Below are positions 1 to 10,518 of a DNA stretch of 64,000 nucleotides, piece by piece. The stretch's first letter is position 1. The number at the start of each line of letters is the position of its first letter. The notes under the pieces are model-generated. The model was not told where the DNA came from. It saw nothing but the letters and a program-made list of their open reading frames with translations, and made no database searches. Where the stretch lies: positions 1,525-65,524 of IMG/VR virus record IMGVR_UViG_3300024219_000002. The stretch is one strand, 5' to 3'. A program made the position numbers and the translations under genes. This stretch comes from a virus.

Positions 1-1745
1 TATTCCACACGAGCGTAAATGCGATTCACTAACTGGGCACGCTTTTTCCAACTGTCCTTCACAACCATGCGTTTGCCTTCCATTCCCATCGGGTTGAATC
101 CGAACCGTTCCCGGAACAACGCCAACAGAATCAGCGCGGCATCCCCGTCGTCTGGTGAGTGGCCTATTCGCACCTTCATCTCCTCTTTCTTCTCCGCGCG
201 CATACGCAGGCCATCCCCGCCTTTCACCGTTTCGTAACGGCGTTCCGTCCAATCCCGGGCCGTCTCCTTGGGTAAGCCCTTGATCTGGTCGGACTGGACA
301 TATTCCACGCCGGCAAACCAAAGCTCGGTGACGCGGTTGGCGAATGCCTTGTTGCCGGGGCGACGGTCCTTCACTCCAACCACTCTATCAGATGCCGCAC
401 CGCCAAACTGTATCGCCACGATCTTAGGCGACCAGACTTCGGCCAGCAACGCACCAAAGGGAAGTCCTCCGCCTGATGCGTCGAACGCGGCATTTTCGGG
501 AGGAATCCCCAGGGCAACGCATTTATCTCGGAATAGTTTAGCGATCTGCAAGGACCGGCTTTCGTCTTTTTTCCTGACATCCTCGCGCAACTCGATTCGT
601 TGGGTATATTGCAGGGTTTGTTTTCCGTCGGTGCTCGTTCCCATGTCGCCAACATACATCATGGCCTTGTCACCGCCTGTTGCAAAGGCTGGATCAAGAG
701 CGGCACCGCGCGTCGGCACAGACTGCCAGCGAACGGTTTCATGCACGCGCCCGCGCAACAGGTCGGATTCGGAATAGATTCGGTTGGCGTCAGCCTCAGG
801 GCATGGGAACGACCGGCACATGCGCCAGAATCGAACGGAATGCTCGCCGCCTGGTCCTTCGCGCTGCTCCTTGTAGTGGCGCGTGCTGTAAATGCCGGGA
901 TACTTCTCCTCGCCAAGAAGCACGTTCGGGCTTTTCAGTCCGTCGAATCGAAGGCAGATGCCGCGGTCGGTTTCCCAGCGGTCGGTTTCCTCTGACACGC
1001 TTCCCCAGCCTGTCTTTGGAGTGGCGAACTGGCCAAACGGATCATAAACGCTGGCAAAGTTTCCAAGAGCCATGAATTGAAAGAACGGGTTCACGACAAG
1101 GTTTGATTCAGCCGCCTCCACAAGTGCCGGCGACAATTCGGGCATCTCGTCACAGATGAACAGCACGCGAGCGGTGTGAATGCCGATGAGCTTCCCGATG
1201 TTTTCCTTTAGCTTCGCCCGGTCGCCAGGGATCAAAAACATGCCCGCCTCGCTATCCGGCCAGATTTTGATTCCGTCGGTTGTTCGTATTTTGCAGGTCG
1301 AGCTGGTCAGCTTTCCGGGAAGCAATGGCCGTCCGTTCTTGTCGCTCGCCGCCATGAAATACTCCTCCACGGCTCCCCAGATACGCTTGCGTGAATCACT
1401 CAAACTGGTGGACGTGAAAAGGACAATCGTCTTTCCTGGTTGACAGAGCCAGTTGACGATTCCCCACATTGCAGCGAAGCGACTTTTCCCCGACGCGGCC
1501 GCGCCGCTGAGGGCCAGTCTTTGGTTCTGACATGACTCGGCCAACATGAGTTCATTCCATGGATTCCACTGGAAATGACACTTGGATTTTGCGCCCCAGA
1601 AATGGCGCACGATGTTCTTGAAGTGATAGGGACGATTGTCGGGATCGCCGCCCATCGCAGCGGTGCCCATGCGGAAGGCGAGAAGTTCAACGTCCAGATC
1701 GGTCAGCCCTTCGTCCCAAATCAATCCATAGCGGGTGATGGCCAT
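1..1745 (-). CDS. terL: Terminase large subunit (copy cut at the window edge; full copy at 55792..57555)
   Basis: Same sequence as 55811..57555. Confidence 0.88.
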   Translation of the reverse strand, partial: MAITRYGLIWDEGLTDLDVELLAFRMGTAAMGGDPDNRPYHFKNIVRHFWGAKSKCHFQWNPWNELMLAESCQNQRLALSGAAASGKSRFAAMWGIVNWLCQPGKTIVLFTSTSLSDSRKRIWGAVEEYFMAASDKNGRPLLPGKLTSSTCKIRTTDGIKIWPDSEAGMFLIPGDRAKLKENIGKLIGIHTARVLFICDEMPELSPALVEAAESNLVVNPFFQFMALGNFASVYDPFGQFATPKTGWGSVSEETDRWETDRGICLRFDGLKSPNVLLGEEKYPGIYSTRHYKEQREGPGGEHSVRFWRMCRSFPCPEADANRIYSESDLLRGRVHETVRWQSVPTRGAALDPAFATGGDKAMMYVGDMGTSTDGKQTLQYTQRIELREDVRKKDESRSLQIAKLFRDKCVALGIPPENAAFDASGGGLPFGALLAEVWSPKIVAIQFGGAASDRVVGVKDRRPGNKAFANRVTELWFAGVEYVQSDQIKGLPKETARDWTERRYETVKGGDGLRMRAEKKEEMKVRIGHSPDDGDAALILLALFRERFGFNPMGMEGKRMVVKDSWKKRAQLVNRIYARVE

Positions 1746-4700
1746 TAACGGGTGGTTGTTTTCCTCTGCTCGTAATTCTGCAAGCCCATCCCGAAGATGG
1801 ACAGCAACGCAAAGATTGTCCCGCGTTCGATTCCCTGCTCGCGCATCGTTGAGTAAATGTCCTGAAGGGACAAAGGCACAAGCAGGTTTGAAGCTGTTGA
1901 CTCGGGTGTGACCGGCTGTCCAACCACGTCTTTACCAGTCAGAAGGTTTAGCCCTGTTCCAATCGCAGGGCTTAGTTTTGAACGAAGGAATCTTGCAGTC
2001 ACGTCGGCAGCATTGGGGGCGCCGTAGGGCACTTTTGGTCCGCGTATAGGAACTATGTTGCCTTTGCTGGTTTTGGTTTCCCCTGATCCAAGGCGTGAAA
2101 GCAGAACGGTGTTCTGGAGGAGTCCAGCCATCGGGTCAATTCGTGTGTTGCCATACCGGAGTTTTCCGAAGTCAGCGGAGCGCGGGTCTTGCTCAATCGT
2201 GGCGCCATCCATTTGAGCCAATCCGTAAACAACGGCGGCGCCAGCCAAGAAGCGACCGTACTCCTTCGCCATCAGCGTTCGGGTTCTCGCGCTTCCACGA
2301 TAGAGAGGTTGGCCGGCGAGGAGTTGAAATCGGCTGGCGACGTAGCGGGGTGCAAAGAATACCGTGTTGAGTCCGACCAAGGCGTTTTCCTTCATGCCCA
2401 GATTGCCGCGTCCGGTGGCCACGTTGACGAAATTGGCGATGGCGTTTACTTCGGTCGGCGTAAGCTCTTTACCATCTCTGGCCAAGGAATTTGACATTGC
2501 GTCGAATGAGTCGGCTCGGAGCTTGTTCAGGAATGTGACGTACGCTCGCTGAGAACTCGCCACTACTTTTCCAGGAATGGTAATTGGAGAAAGCGCAATC
2601 TTACCGGCTATCCCCATGTTCTCGGACAGCTTTGGAATCTTGTCCACCCATCGGGACATGTACGCTTCTTCCATCTGTGAGAGCTTGTGACCGTGCTCGG
2701 ACAAGTAGAGCTTTCCTTGCTGATAAATCGGGTAGTTCTTGCGAGCTAAAATCTCTTGGTCAACCGCATGTTGTCCCGCCTCGGAACGGAAAGCCCGGAA
2801 CATGGCTGGGAAAGATTTGGCAGCCCGGATCGGGTGGGCGAAGGCTATGAATCCACCCTGACGAAGAACTCCAGAAAAGTCGGAACTCGTCACCACGGCT
2901 CGGGACAGGTTCAAAACCTCTCCCGCTGTGTCGAACACCTTTCTCGGAAGGCTTCGGTTGGCAAGCCGGTCTTTCATCAGAGCCTCATGCCATGCAACCT
3001 TGGCCTTGGACATTTCGTAATGTAGCCGGTTCGCCTCCGAATCCATTGGGATAATTCGTTTCTGCTTTTTGGAGAAGTCTCCACGCGAAAGTCTGTCTTT
3101 TAGGTCAGCCGTTTGCCTTGCCAGCCTTGCCTTGAGTCCTTTCAACGCGATGGCTTCTGGATCGCGCTCTGGCTTGGGTTGTAATCTCTCTCGGATGAAT
3201 TTCCGTTGCTCCTTCAACTCATCAAGCCGCTTAATTCTTTCAGCATTTTCAGGTGTTTCAACCTTCTCGGTCTTTCCTTTTGGAAATACGGTTTCGTGTT
3301 CTATTTGCTTCTCAAGCTCGTCAATCCGTTTATCCAGAACCGCCGTCCTGCGTTGTGCCTCGACATCCAATGGTTGAGGGCTTGTCTGAATCAACTCCCG
3401 GGCATATTCCCGCTCCGCCTTCAAAGCCTCAATTCTAGCCTTCGCCGCTTCAAGTGCCGGGCTTGTTCCCAAGAACGGCTTCTTTCCAGCCGGGAATATC
3501 TCTCCGGTCTTTAGCTGACGTTCGAGTTCTGCAATCTGTCGAGTAGCAACTTTTTCGGCCAATGCCAATCGCTGTTCGTCAGTCAATCCCGGCTTCTTGA
3601 AAATCTCCTCATGCTCTGCCTTGAGCGCCTCGTATTCCTTCTTCATCGCTTCCAACTGGGGGTCGGTTGGCGATGGCGTCTTGGTCTTTACCAGCTTCTC
3701 CCGCGTCTCAATCTCCTGCTTCAAATCTGAAATTCGGTTTCGGTAATAGGTCTTGCGCGCGGTCAATGCGGAGGCAAGTTGAGTCGCAGGATCAGTGACG
3801 ACAAAGCCACCCTTCTTCTTGGCCTCGTTCACCAATTTTATTAGTCGTCGTTCCTCATCACTTGGAGAACGCCGTTCGACACCTGTCTTTTGTGGTGCCT
3901 GTCCAGCCTGCATGTCCTCCAGCTTGGCGACCTGCTGCATCTGGCCTTTCAGGTCGCGCAACTGAACGCTGATTTCATCCTTGGTCAGTTGCTTGAAGTC
4001 TCCATAACCGCTGATGGCGTCCATCGTCTCGCGCCGGGTGAATGACGGGTCAATGCTTTCCAGAACGCCGTGCACGGCGTCTATGAGAGCCTCGCGTTCT
4101 CGTATGCCAGTCTCCACAAATGCGCGAGCCAGTTTTTGAACAAGCGGCGTAATTTCATCGCGCTTTCCGGAGTCAATACGCTCTTTGATTTTGGTCGTGG
4201 CTTCGGCTTCTTTGGTGGCTGCGTCTTTGGGGGCACGCTTGACACGCTCGGCTGTTATTTTGCCGTGCTTTTTTTCGAGCTGTGCGCTTTCGGTTTCAAG
4301 TTTTGCTTCACTGGCTTTTCGGATTTCGTCCAGATGGGGTTTGATCCAGTCGCCCACGTCCCGGATCATGGCTTCAGACCACTTGGCAAGTTCGACCACG
4401 CCGCGGGTCAGCTTGGCCGCGCCGATGATTGACAGATCGGCAAGTTCGGTCGGATCAATGCCTGCGGTGAGCCGTCCTCGACGCTCTTTGATTCGAGCCA
4501 GAGCCGAATCCGCCTGCTTCTCCATGTAGGTCGCAAACTGTTCGGCAATCTTCAGGACTCTCGGGTGATATGGCGGTTGCTCCTTGCGTGCCGCCTGCTC
4601 AACTTCGTCCAGCGCGTCTTGAACGGCCCGCTGCGCTTCCTTGGCTGTCGTGGCGGCAACGTAGTCGTCGTAAGCCTTCTGAGTCTCCTCAATCTTCTTG

Positions 4701-7207
4701 TTGAGCCTGACGACTTCGGAACGCTCTGCGTCGGTCAGCGGAGCACCACCCTTTGCCGCACGCTTCTCCAGTTCCATTTTGGCCAGCGTGAAATCCTCGT
4801 AAGCCATCATTTTTCGGGCGTTGAGTCCTCGCCCAGTCGCCGTGCCGACCTTCTTGTTGATATTGTAAAGGTCAAGCAACTGGTCGCTCAGTCCGGAGAC
4901 GCGCGCCTTTTCGGTGGCAACAGCCTCCATTCGTCCATCCTCGTACGCTTGCGCGAGATCGCGTGTCGCCTTGCCGTACTCGTTCTGGAGGTCAATCTGG
5001 CGGTGGAGAAGTATGGCGTCCTCGATGTCTGTGACGGCATGAGGATTCTCCCGAAGTTGGTTTATCAGCGATTGTTGGTACTCCGGGTCATGGTCAATCA
5101 GGGCCATGGCGCGATCCCAGACTTCTCCGAAACTGCGCTTGGCCGGTTGCATGGCGGGCGGAAGTCCACGCTTGGCCCGCTCCTTGTCAACAACGGCATT
5201 TTTGATTGACGTTGCCAGTTCTGGACTTCGCTCGAATTCAGACGGGATGGCGCCACCCATGCCGGGACCGACTTCGGCGGGTTCAGCCTTCTCTTGAGAT
5301 TTGACCTGCTGCTGAACCCATTCCCTGTCAGCCTTGGATATGTTTCGCACCTTTACCTTCGTGGGTTCGGTGCTTGAAGTCGGGATTTTCTTTGCACGCT
5401 CTAAAACTTCAGAAAGGGCCTCTTTTGTGTTCCAAATTCTAAATGTTCCATCTCCTGGAATATCAATGGTGACTTTCTTGCCGTGAATTTCAAGCGCCTC
5501 CTGAATCTCCTTGGAGTATTTCGGGACATCCTCGCCATTTCTTTTAACCGTCTCGCTCATGTGCTCCCCAAGCGTGGATTCGTGGTAAAGCGTCTTTCCT
5601 TTCACGTCCACGCCGTAAGCGATCTTCAGCGGCTCCTTGCCGATTACATCCACCATTGGTTTTGCTTCCTCAATCGCCTTCTCCAACCTATCAACCAGCT
5701 CCGATTTGACTTCCTTTGCTGACCGCGCGCCTTCGGTTTTGGCTACGGATTTGACTTCTGCTTCGACCTTGTCGACAGCGGCAGACGGAGTGGCTTGTTT
5801 TTCGACTACTTTCTTTGTCGTCTCAGATTTGGCGGGAGTGGTAGGAACAGCGGCGGTCGGTTCCCCACCAACGGGTGTCAGTGGCTCGACCGCCGCCTCC
5901 GTCCTTTGTGCATTGGGTTGCTCGACGGGAGCGGAAGGTGTTGGTTCTTCAACCGCTGGCTCTGCTTTCTCCTCAGTCCTCAGTGGCGCATTTTCGACAT
6001 CGGCGGCAACAGGCGCTTTGACTTCCGGCGAGACTTCGGCCTGTCCGGGTGCATTGGGTGTCCCGGATGGCGCGAGTTGTAGGTCATCGCTGCGATCCGC
6101 TTCGCCTCCTTCAATGGCTTTCCCCGGCTCACGTAACTGTCCCGTATCCGTTCGTATTGTTTTGGCATTTGAAACCTCCGTGGTTGTTTGTTCAATTACT
6201 GCAGCTGTCTGCGGCGCGAGAATCTGTAAATCGGGTGAGACGGCAATAAAAGTCTCTGGCCGTTCGACTTGTCGGGTTCTGGTGGATTCACCGCCCGTCA
6301 ATTCTCCCTGCCTGACCTGACGCTCCATTTCCTTCGCGGCAATATCTAGCGCCTGATTTTGAGTAGGCAGCAGAGTCTTGCCTGAGGTCGCCGCCACGCC
6401 GGGTAAAGAAGTCGGCACTTGTTCAGCCATCTTGGTTGCGATGTAGCTTCCAATGACAACCCCGGTGACGGCCTTGGCGATATCGGCTTTCGTGGCGTCG
6501 GGATCGCTGGCGACTTGTTGCAGGTTCTTGATGGACTCAGGAACGCTCTTAATTGCCCCTCCAGCCATGACTGCCTTGCCGCCTGTCTTGAGCAACGCCA
6601 ACTCTGGCCCAGCGGCAAACGCAGGCAGGGACGAAATCATTTCTCCGGTTGTAAACCCAGACGCGATTTCTTCAGCGCCTTTGGCAACTCCCGTTATCGG
6701 GTTGTCTGGTCCGGTCAGCGTGCCTCGCGGCATCCCGGGAGTCAGCTCCTCCACCATCTGAACTGGCTGCTGAATCAATCCCTCAAGATTGGCGCCATTG
6801 TATTCGGAAACAACTGGACGGCCAGCAATGGCGTTGACCGTCTTGTTGATTAGGTTGACAGGATTGGCAAGGTTTCCAACTACCTCCGCGCCTTGATTTC
6901 CAAGAAACCCAAGCGTCTTTTCAAGCCACACTGGACTTGCTTCCGATTTAGCTTCTATCTCCTGCTTGATCTTTGCCCGTTTCGCCGCTCGTTCCTCTCC
7001 GAGCATTTCTATTTGGCCTCGGATGCCAACATTGGTTGCGGCGCGCGCCGTCTCGGAAAGATTGATCGCCTGAGAAACCGCACCAAGTCCATGCCTGACG
7101 TTGTTCCTCTGAATCAGCCTCGGAACTTCATCCGAAATGTCCCGCTCCGACATCGCATCGGGAAATTCAACGATGCCAATATCGGGAATTTCAACTTCGG
7201 TTGGCAT
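1745..7207 (-). CDS. Very large internal virion/ejection-type protein (~1820 aa)
   Basis: Likely start MPTEVEIPDIG, 4 nt after the upstream stop. Coiled-coil/Ala-Glu-Lys-rich; last gene of the tail/ejection block. Confidence 0.7.
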   Translation of the reverse strand: MPTEVEIPDIGIVEFPDAMSERDISDEVPRLIQRNNVRHGLGAVSQAINLSETARAATNVGIRGQIEMLGEERAAKRAKIKQEIEAKSEASPVWLEKTLGFLGNQGAEVVGNLANPVNLINKTVNAIAGRPVVSEYNGANLEGLIQQPVQMVEELTPGMPRGTLTGPDNPITGVAKGAEEIASGFTTGEMISSLPAFAAGPELALLKTGGKAVMAGGAIKSVPESIKNLQQVASDPDATKADIAKAVTGVVIGSYIATKMAEQVPTSLPGVAATSGKTLLPTQNQALDIAAKEMERQVRQGELTGGESTRTRQVERPETFIAVSPDLQILAPQTAAVIEQTTTEVSNAKTIRTDTGQLREPGKAIEGGEADRSDDLQLAPSGTPNAPGQAEVSPEVKAPVAADVENAPLRTEEKAEPAVEEPTPSAPVEQPNAQRTEAAVEPLTPVGGEPTAAVPTTPAKSETTKKVVEKQATPSAAVDKVEAEVKSVAKTEGARSAKEVKSELVDRLEKAIEEAKPMVDVIGKEPLKIAYGVDVKGKTLYHESTLGEHMSETVKRNGEDVPKYSKEIQEALEIHGKKVTIDIPGDGTFRIWNTKEALSEVLERAKKIPTSSTEPTKVKVRNISKADREWVQQQVKSQEKAEPAEVGPGMGGAIPSEFERSPELATSIKNAVVDKERAKRGLPPAMQPAKRSFGEVWDRAMALIDHDPEYQQSLINQLRENPHAVTDIEDAILLHRQIDLQNEYGKATRDLAQAYEDGRMEAVATEKARVSGLSDQLLDLYNINKKVGTATGRGLNARKMMAYEDFTLAKMELEKRAAKGGAPLTDAERSEVVRLNKKIEETQKAYDDYVAATTAKEAQRAVQDALDEVEQAARKEQPPYHPRVLKIAEQFATYMEKQADSALARIKERRGRLTAGIDPTELADLSIIGAAKLTRGVVELAKWSEAMIRDVGDWIKPHLDEIRKASEAKLETESAQLEKKHGKITAERVKRAPKDAATKEAEATTKIKERIDSGKRDEITPLVQKLARAFVETGIREREALIDAVHGVLESIDPSFTRRETMDAISGYGDFKQLTKDEISVQLRDLKGQMQQVAKLEDMQAGQAPQKTGVERRSPSDEERRLIKLVNEAKKKGGFVVTDPATQLASALTARKTYYRNRISDLKQEIETREKLVKTKTPSPTDPQLEAMKKEYEALKAEHEEIFKKPGLTDEQRLALAEKVATRQIAELERQLKTGEIFPAGKKPFLGTSPALEAAKARIEALKAEREYARELIQTSPQPLDVEAQRRTAVLDKRIDELEKQIEHETVFPKGKTEKVETPENAERIKRLDELKEQRKFIRERLQPKPERDPEAIALKGLKARLARQTADLKDRLSRGDFSKKQKRIIPMDSEANRLHYEMSKAKVAWHEALMKDRLANRSLPRKVFDTAGEVLNLSRAVVTSSDFSGVLRQGGFIAFAHPIRAAKSFPAMFRAFRSEAGQHAVDQEILARKNYPIYQQGKLYLSEHGHKLSQMEEAYMSRWVDKIPKLSENMGIAGKIALSPITIPGKVVASSQRAYVTFLNKLRADSFDAMSNSLARDGKELTPTEVNAIANFVNVATGRGNLGMKENALVGLNTVFFAPRYVASRFQLLAGQPLYRGSARTRTLMAKEYGRFLAGAAVVYGLAQMDGATIEQDPRSADFGKLRYGNTRIDPMAGLLQNTVLLSRLGSGETKTSKGNIVPIRGPKVPYGAPNAADVTARFLRSKLSPAIGTGLNLLTGKDVVGQPVTPESTASNLLVPLSLQDIYSTMREQGIERGTIFALLSIFGMGLQNYEQRKTTTR
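5980..6168 (-). CDS. Nested out-of-frame small basic protein (62 aa, MPKQYERIRDSYVSRGKPLKEAKRIAAMTYNSRH...)
   Basis: GGAGG (6175-6179) lies 6 nt before the ATG. Sequence resembles small basic phage proteins; ORF lies fully inside the 1820-aa gene. Confidence 0.55.
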   Translation of the reverse strand: MPKQYERIRDSYVSRGKPLKEAKRIAAMTYNSRHPGHPMHPDRPKSRRKSKRLLPPMSKMRH

Positions 7208-7211
7208 CGGG

Positions 7212-8603
7212 TCATTGTGGGACGAGTCCTTCGGGAGTCCACTTGAATCGTTTGCCGGATGTGGTCGCGGGTGGTTGTTGGGGAGATACACTTGGAGCGG
7301 CGGAATTTGTCAACCGCTTCCCAGTCTCGGGATTCCATCCCTTGCTCTCCAATCTGATCTTCAATTCGTTCATCAGATTCGTCCGGCTTCTTCCAAACGC
7401 AGTTCGCGTGTCGCCGGTCGCCAGCTCAACCTTGTGGTCGGCGTATGCCTTTAGCTCTTTTGCTGTTTCCGCGTCGGGCGTGTTCTCCTTCATCGCCTCA
7501 TGCTTGGCAACCGTCATGCGCTCGGAAACCTTGCCCTCGTCGCCTTCGGTGGCGACCGTAACATCCTTGGGTTCGGTGTCTCGCAACTTCCCGAATTCAA
7601 CCCGCTTCTCAACCAGGCGTATCAGCGCCGGGTCGGCTTTTGATTCTTTGAGTGAGCGGAGATATTCCGCATCCTTCTCCAATGCCCCGGGACTCCAGTT
7701 GGGATTCGCAACCTTGTAATCGTAATACTCAAGAGCCAGATCATGCTTGGCCTGCAACAGCTCCTTCGCCGCCTCATTCTTGGGATCAATCATCCTGAGT
7801 TGGTTCTGGAATCGCTGCTCGATTTGATCCTTGGTTGCCTCACCGCGCAGACCAAGTAATTCCTTGGCCCCTTCAAGGCGTTGCGCGATGTGCTCCTTGG
7901 CAAATTCAGCTCTGGCGCCGATTAGTTCCTTTGAAGCCTCCGTTCTGGCGCCGATTAGTTCCTTGCCTTGAGCAACCTTATCAATGAACTGAGTGAACCT
8001 GCCAGTCTTAGGATCGGTCCAGCCTTGCACAACAGTTCCATCATCAAGAGTAATTGTTGCTGGAGTTGTGGTTGCCTTGGTGTGGTCTTTGTAATCGTCC
8101 AGAATCCCACTCCAGTTCGCCGGGTTCTCGTAAAGCGGCTTTCCATCCTCGTCCACCGCATACCATTTCGATGCAACCTTTGCGCCTTCAGGACCGGACT
8201 CCGCTAGTTTCAAAAGCGAAGTGCCGACATGCTTCCCCATCATGTTCTTGGCCTTGGAGGTTTCGCCCATGATGGCGACCCGCTCCAATTGCATGTTCAT
8301 CCCGATTATCTTGGATGCTTGGGAAAGGTGAGCGTTGGCCGCGTGGGTTGTCAGCGGATTGGCCAGGAACTCGGGATGCACCTGATAAAATTCAATGGTC
8401 TTGTAAGCCAGCCCAAGATCGAGCGGAGGGAGTTTCCTTTGATTCTCTTTCTGCCCGGTAGGTGGAATTACAAAACGAGGCTGCGTGGCTGTTGGCCGGC
8501 TGACGGGACTCGGCGCCCCAGACGCTTCCGAAGTGTCTCCCTGATACGCTGGAGGATTATCCGCCTCGCTCGTGTCCCCCTGATATGTTTCGGCTTGAGC
8601 CAT
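7212..8603 (-). CDS. Putative internal virion/ejection protein with 11-aa repeats
   Basis: 463 aa; KELIGARTEAS-type repeats and a YQGDTSEA duplication; sits in the ejection block. Confidence 0.6.
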   Translation of the reverse strand: MAQAETYQGDTSEADNPPAYQGDTSEASGAPSPVSRPTATQPRFVIPPTGQKENQRKLPPLDLGLAYKTIEFYQVHPEFLANPLTTHAANAHLSQASKIIGMNMQLERVAIMGETSKAKNMMGKHVGTSLLKLAESGPEGAKVASKWYAVDEDGKPLYENPANWSGILDDYKDHTKATTTPATITLDDGTVVQGWTDPKTGRFTQFIDKVAQGKELIGARTEASKELIGARAEFAKEHIAQRLEGAKELLGLRGEATKDQIEQRFQNQLRMIDPKNEAAKELLQAKHDLALEYYDYKVANPNWSPGALEKDAEYLRSLKESKADPALIRLVEKRVEFGKLRDTEPKDVTVATEGDEGKVSERMTVAKHEAMKENTPDAETAKELKAYADHKVELATGDTRTAFGRSRTNLMNELKIRLESKGWNPETGKRLTNSAAPSVSPQQPPATTSGKRFKWTPEGLVPQ

Positions 8604-8606
8604 AAG

Positions 8607-8846
8607 CTAATGATTGTCGAACCAGCCGATGTCTCCTCCAGTTCCGCCTGTTCCCCCACCGGCAAAATCAGACCATGTTTTGGCCCAACCGTCGAGTGCC
8701 TCAATCTGTTTGTTCATTTTCTGGCCCCCTTGCGAGTAATGAACGCCGCGAGAGATTGATTGGCCAGCACCCGCCCCGCCAGCGATTGCGATGCGCTGAC
8801 CTTCAAGGGCAGGGGTGAAACTGTAAGTGCCGTCGAATAATCCCAT
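8607..8846 (-). CDS. Small Gly-rich virion-associated protein
   Basis: 79 aa, MGLFDG start, 3-nt gaps to both neighbours. Confidence 0.6.
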   Translation of the reverse strand: MGLFDGTYSFTPALEGQRIAIAGGAGAGQSISRGVHYSQGGQKMNKQIEALDGWAKTWSDFAGGGTGGTGGDIGWFDNH

Positions 8847-8849
8847 AAG

Positions 8850-9488
8850 TCATGCCATTGCTGCGCCGGCAATGTCGCCGGCAAGTTGAACAAGCGTGTC
8901 TTCGAAACGTACCCACTGTTGTCCGAATGATCCATACCAGTCCCACTGGTTCTGAACGTAGTCCCTTTGGAACTTTGCGTTCCTCTCCTCGGTGGCCAAG
9001 CCGATTTGTTGCTGCGGCGTTACGAACATTGAACTCACATCGAACTGATTCAATCCAGCCTTACTCTGTGCGATCCAGCGTTCGGCGGCGCTCAATCCCT
9101 TTCCCATGATATCCAGACTCGTCAATCCAAGGTCGCGCGCACCAAGGTTTCGGGCCATGCCAGAACCTCCGAATCCTCCGTAAAGAGACTTACCCGCCGC
9201 ACTCCGCATGACCTGATCGGAAACGTCTCCGGGAACTTTACCTGCCAGCCAGTCGGAAATGTTGGCGGTCGCCTTGTCGCGCACCTTGGCGTACCCCGGC
9301 ATCGCCTGCTCCAGCATCTTCTGAAGCTGGTCGGTGTTGAAGGCGTTTGTTTGACCGGCAAGTTTCTGAGCGCCGGGAAGTGCGGCGAGATTGCCAGAGA
9401 TGGCCTTGGCCTGCTCTTGCTGTGCAGAGATTGGTTGAAACTCTGGTACTTTTGGCTTGCCGCCCCAAAATTCCGCGAATAAAGCGAT
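8850..9488 (-). CDS. Putative ejection/pilot protein; frame open upstream of the ATG at 9317 to an ATC at 9488
   Basis: Frame open for 57 more codons (IALFAEFWGGKPKVPEFQP...); AAGGAG at 9501-9506. Confidence 0.55.
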   Translation of the reverse strand: MALFAEFWGGKPKVPEFQPISAQQEQAKAISGNLAALPGAQKLAGQTNAFNTDQLQKMLEQAMPGYAKVRDKATANISDWLAGKVPGDVSDQVMRSAAGKSLYGGFGGSGMARNLGARDLGLTSLDIMGKGLSAAERWIAQSKAGLNQFDVSSMFVTPQQQIGLATEERNAKFQRDYVQNQWDWYGSFGQQWVRFEDTLVQLAGDIAGAAMA

Positions 9489-9506
9489 TTTAGATCAACA
9501 CTCCTT

Positions 9507-10517
9507 TCATTGCATATTCATCACAGATGGACCTCCGATATGTCTCGGAGTTAATCGAATCGGTTGCACCACTCCGTGACCGCGATAATGCGACAACTCC
9601 CGGCGCAGGGCTTGCACGGCCCGGGCTTCCCATTGAACAGCCTGATCGAACTCATTATTTTCCGACTTGCGAATGCTTTGGCACATATCCTTGATCGCCG
9701 GGAGATTCCCGATTAACAGCCAGTCCTTGTCCACCTTCGCCGGAATGAATTCCAGCTTGGCCATTATTGTGACTTGAACATTCTCGCAGTTATTTCCCAG
9801 GTTGCCGATGAAACTGCGGCGATAAGACGGGTTGGTTTCGCTCGGCTCATAGACGGCAAGTGCGCGTTGCGTCGTCAGCACCGTGTTGTATTCGTAGAGC
9901 CGCACATTGCCGTTAGTCTCGGGTTTCTGAACGGCGACGAGACAGCTAAAGGTCTTGGTGGAGAATTGCGGCGTGGTGGATATGCTTACAAATTCTCCGT
10001 CAATCCATTCGCCTCCGACCTGCGTGCGAATCCAGTTCCCGTTTTCGTCCATGCCTTGCAGGAGAATCTGCGCGTCGGCATCCTCGGCCACGTCCGCATA
10101 GACCTTGATCTTCTTGTTCTCGCCTATGATGTCCGCAAAGGTGCAGGCGTTGCCGCGGTCGTAGAGCTGGGTTCCGCCGCAGCCACCACAACAACCCGTA
10201 CTTCCTGAGGAGCAATCGTCTTGAAGGCCACTGGCAGATTGTAAAAACTCGAACCATTCGTTTCTGATGGTGATGGGACAATCCGAGACGGCGATTGCCT
10301 CGATTGCCGCAACGTGGCGCGGCCAAGTAATGGCGCCATCTGAAACACAAAGCGCATATCGTGCGAACAAGCCGTAGAACAGCTCGCCTGTTTGTACCAA
10401 TCGTTGTTGGGCTTCATTTAGATAGCCAATAAATCTGTCATCGGTCGGAGAAAGATTCAGGACGCGGGCGATTCCGCTCGTGGGGTCTTTGGCGTTGGCT
10501 AGGGTTGTTCGTGCCAT
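9507..10517 (-). CDS. Putative head-tail adaptor / tail tubular protein A-like
   Basis: 336 aa; N-terminal 'YLNEAQQRL' helix pattern typical of adaptors; next to the nozzle-like gene. Confidence 0.5.
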   Translation of the reverse strand: MARTTLANAKDPTSGIARVLNLSPTDDRFIGYLNEAQQRLVQTGELFYGLFARYALCVSDGAITWPRHVAAIEAIAVSDCPITIRNEWFEFLQSASGLQDDCSSGSTGCCGGCGGTQLYDRGNACTFADIIGENKKIKVYADVAEDADAQILLQGMDENGNWIRTQVGGEWIDGEFVSISTTPQFSTKTFSCLVAVQKPETNGNVRLYEYNTVLTTQRALAVYEPSETNPSYRRSFIGNLGNNCENVQVTIMAKLEFIPAKVDKDWLLIGNLPAIKDMCQSIRKSENNEFDQAVQWEARAVQALRRELSHYRGHGVVQPIRLTPRHIGGPSVMNMQ

Positions 10518-10518
10518 G

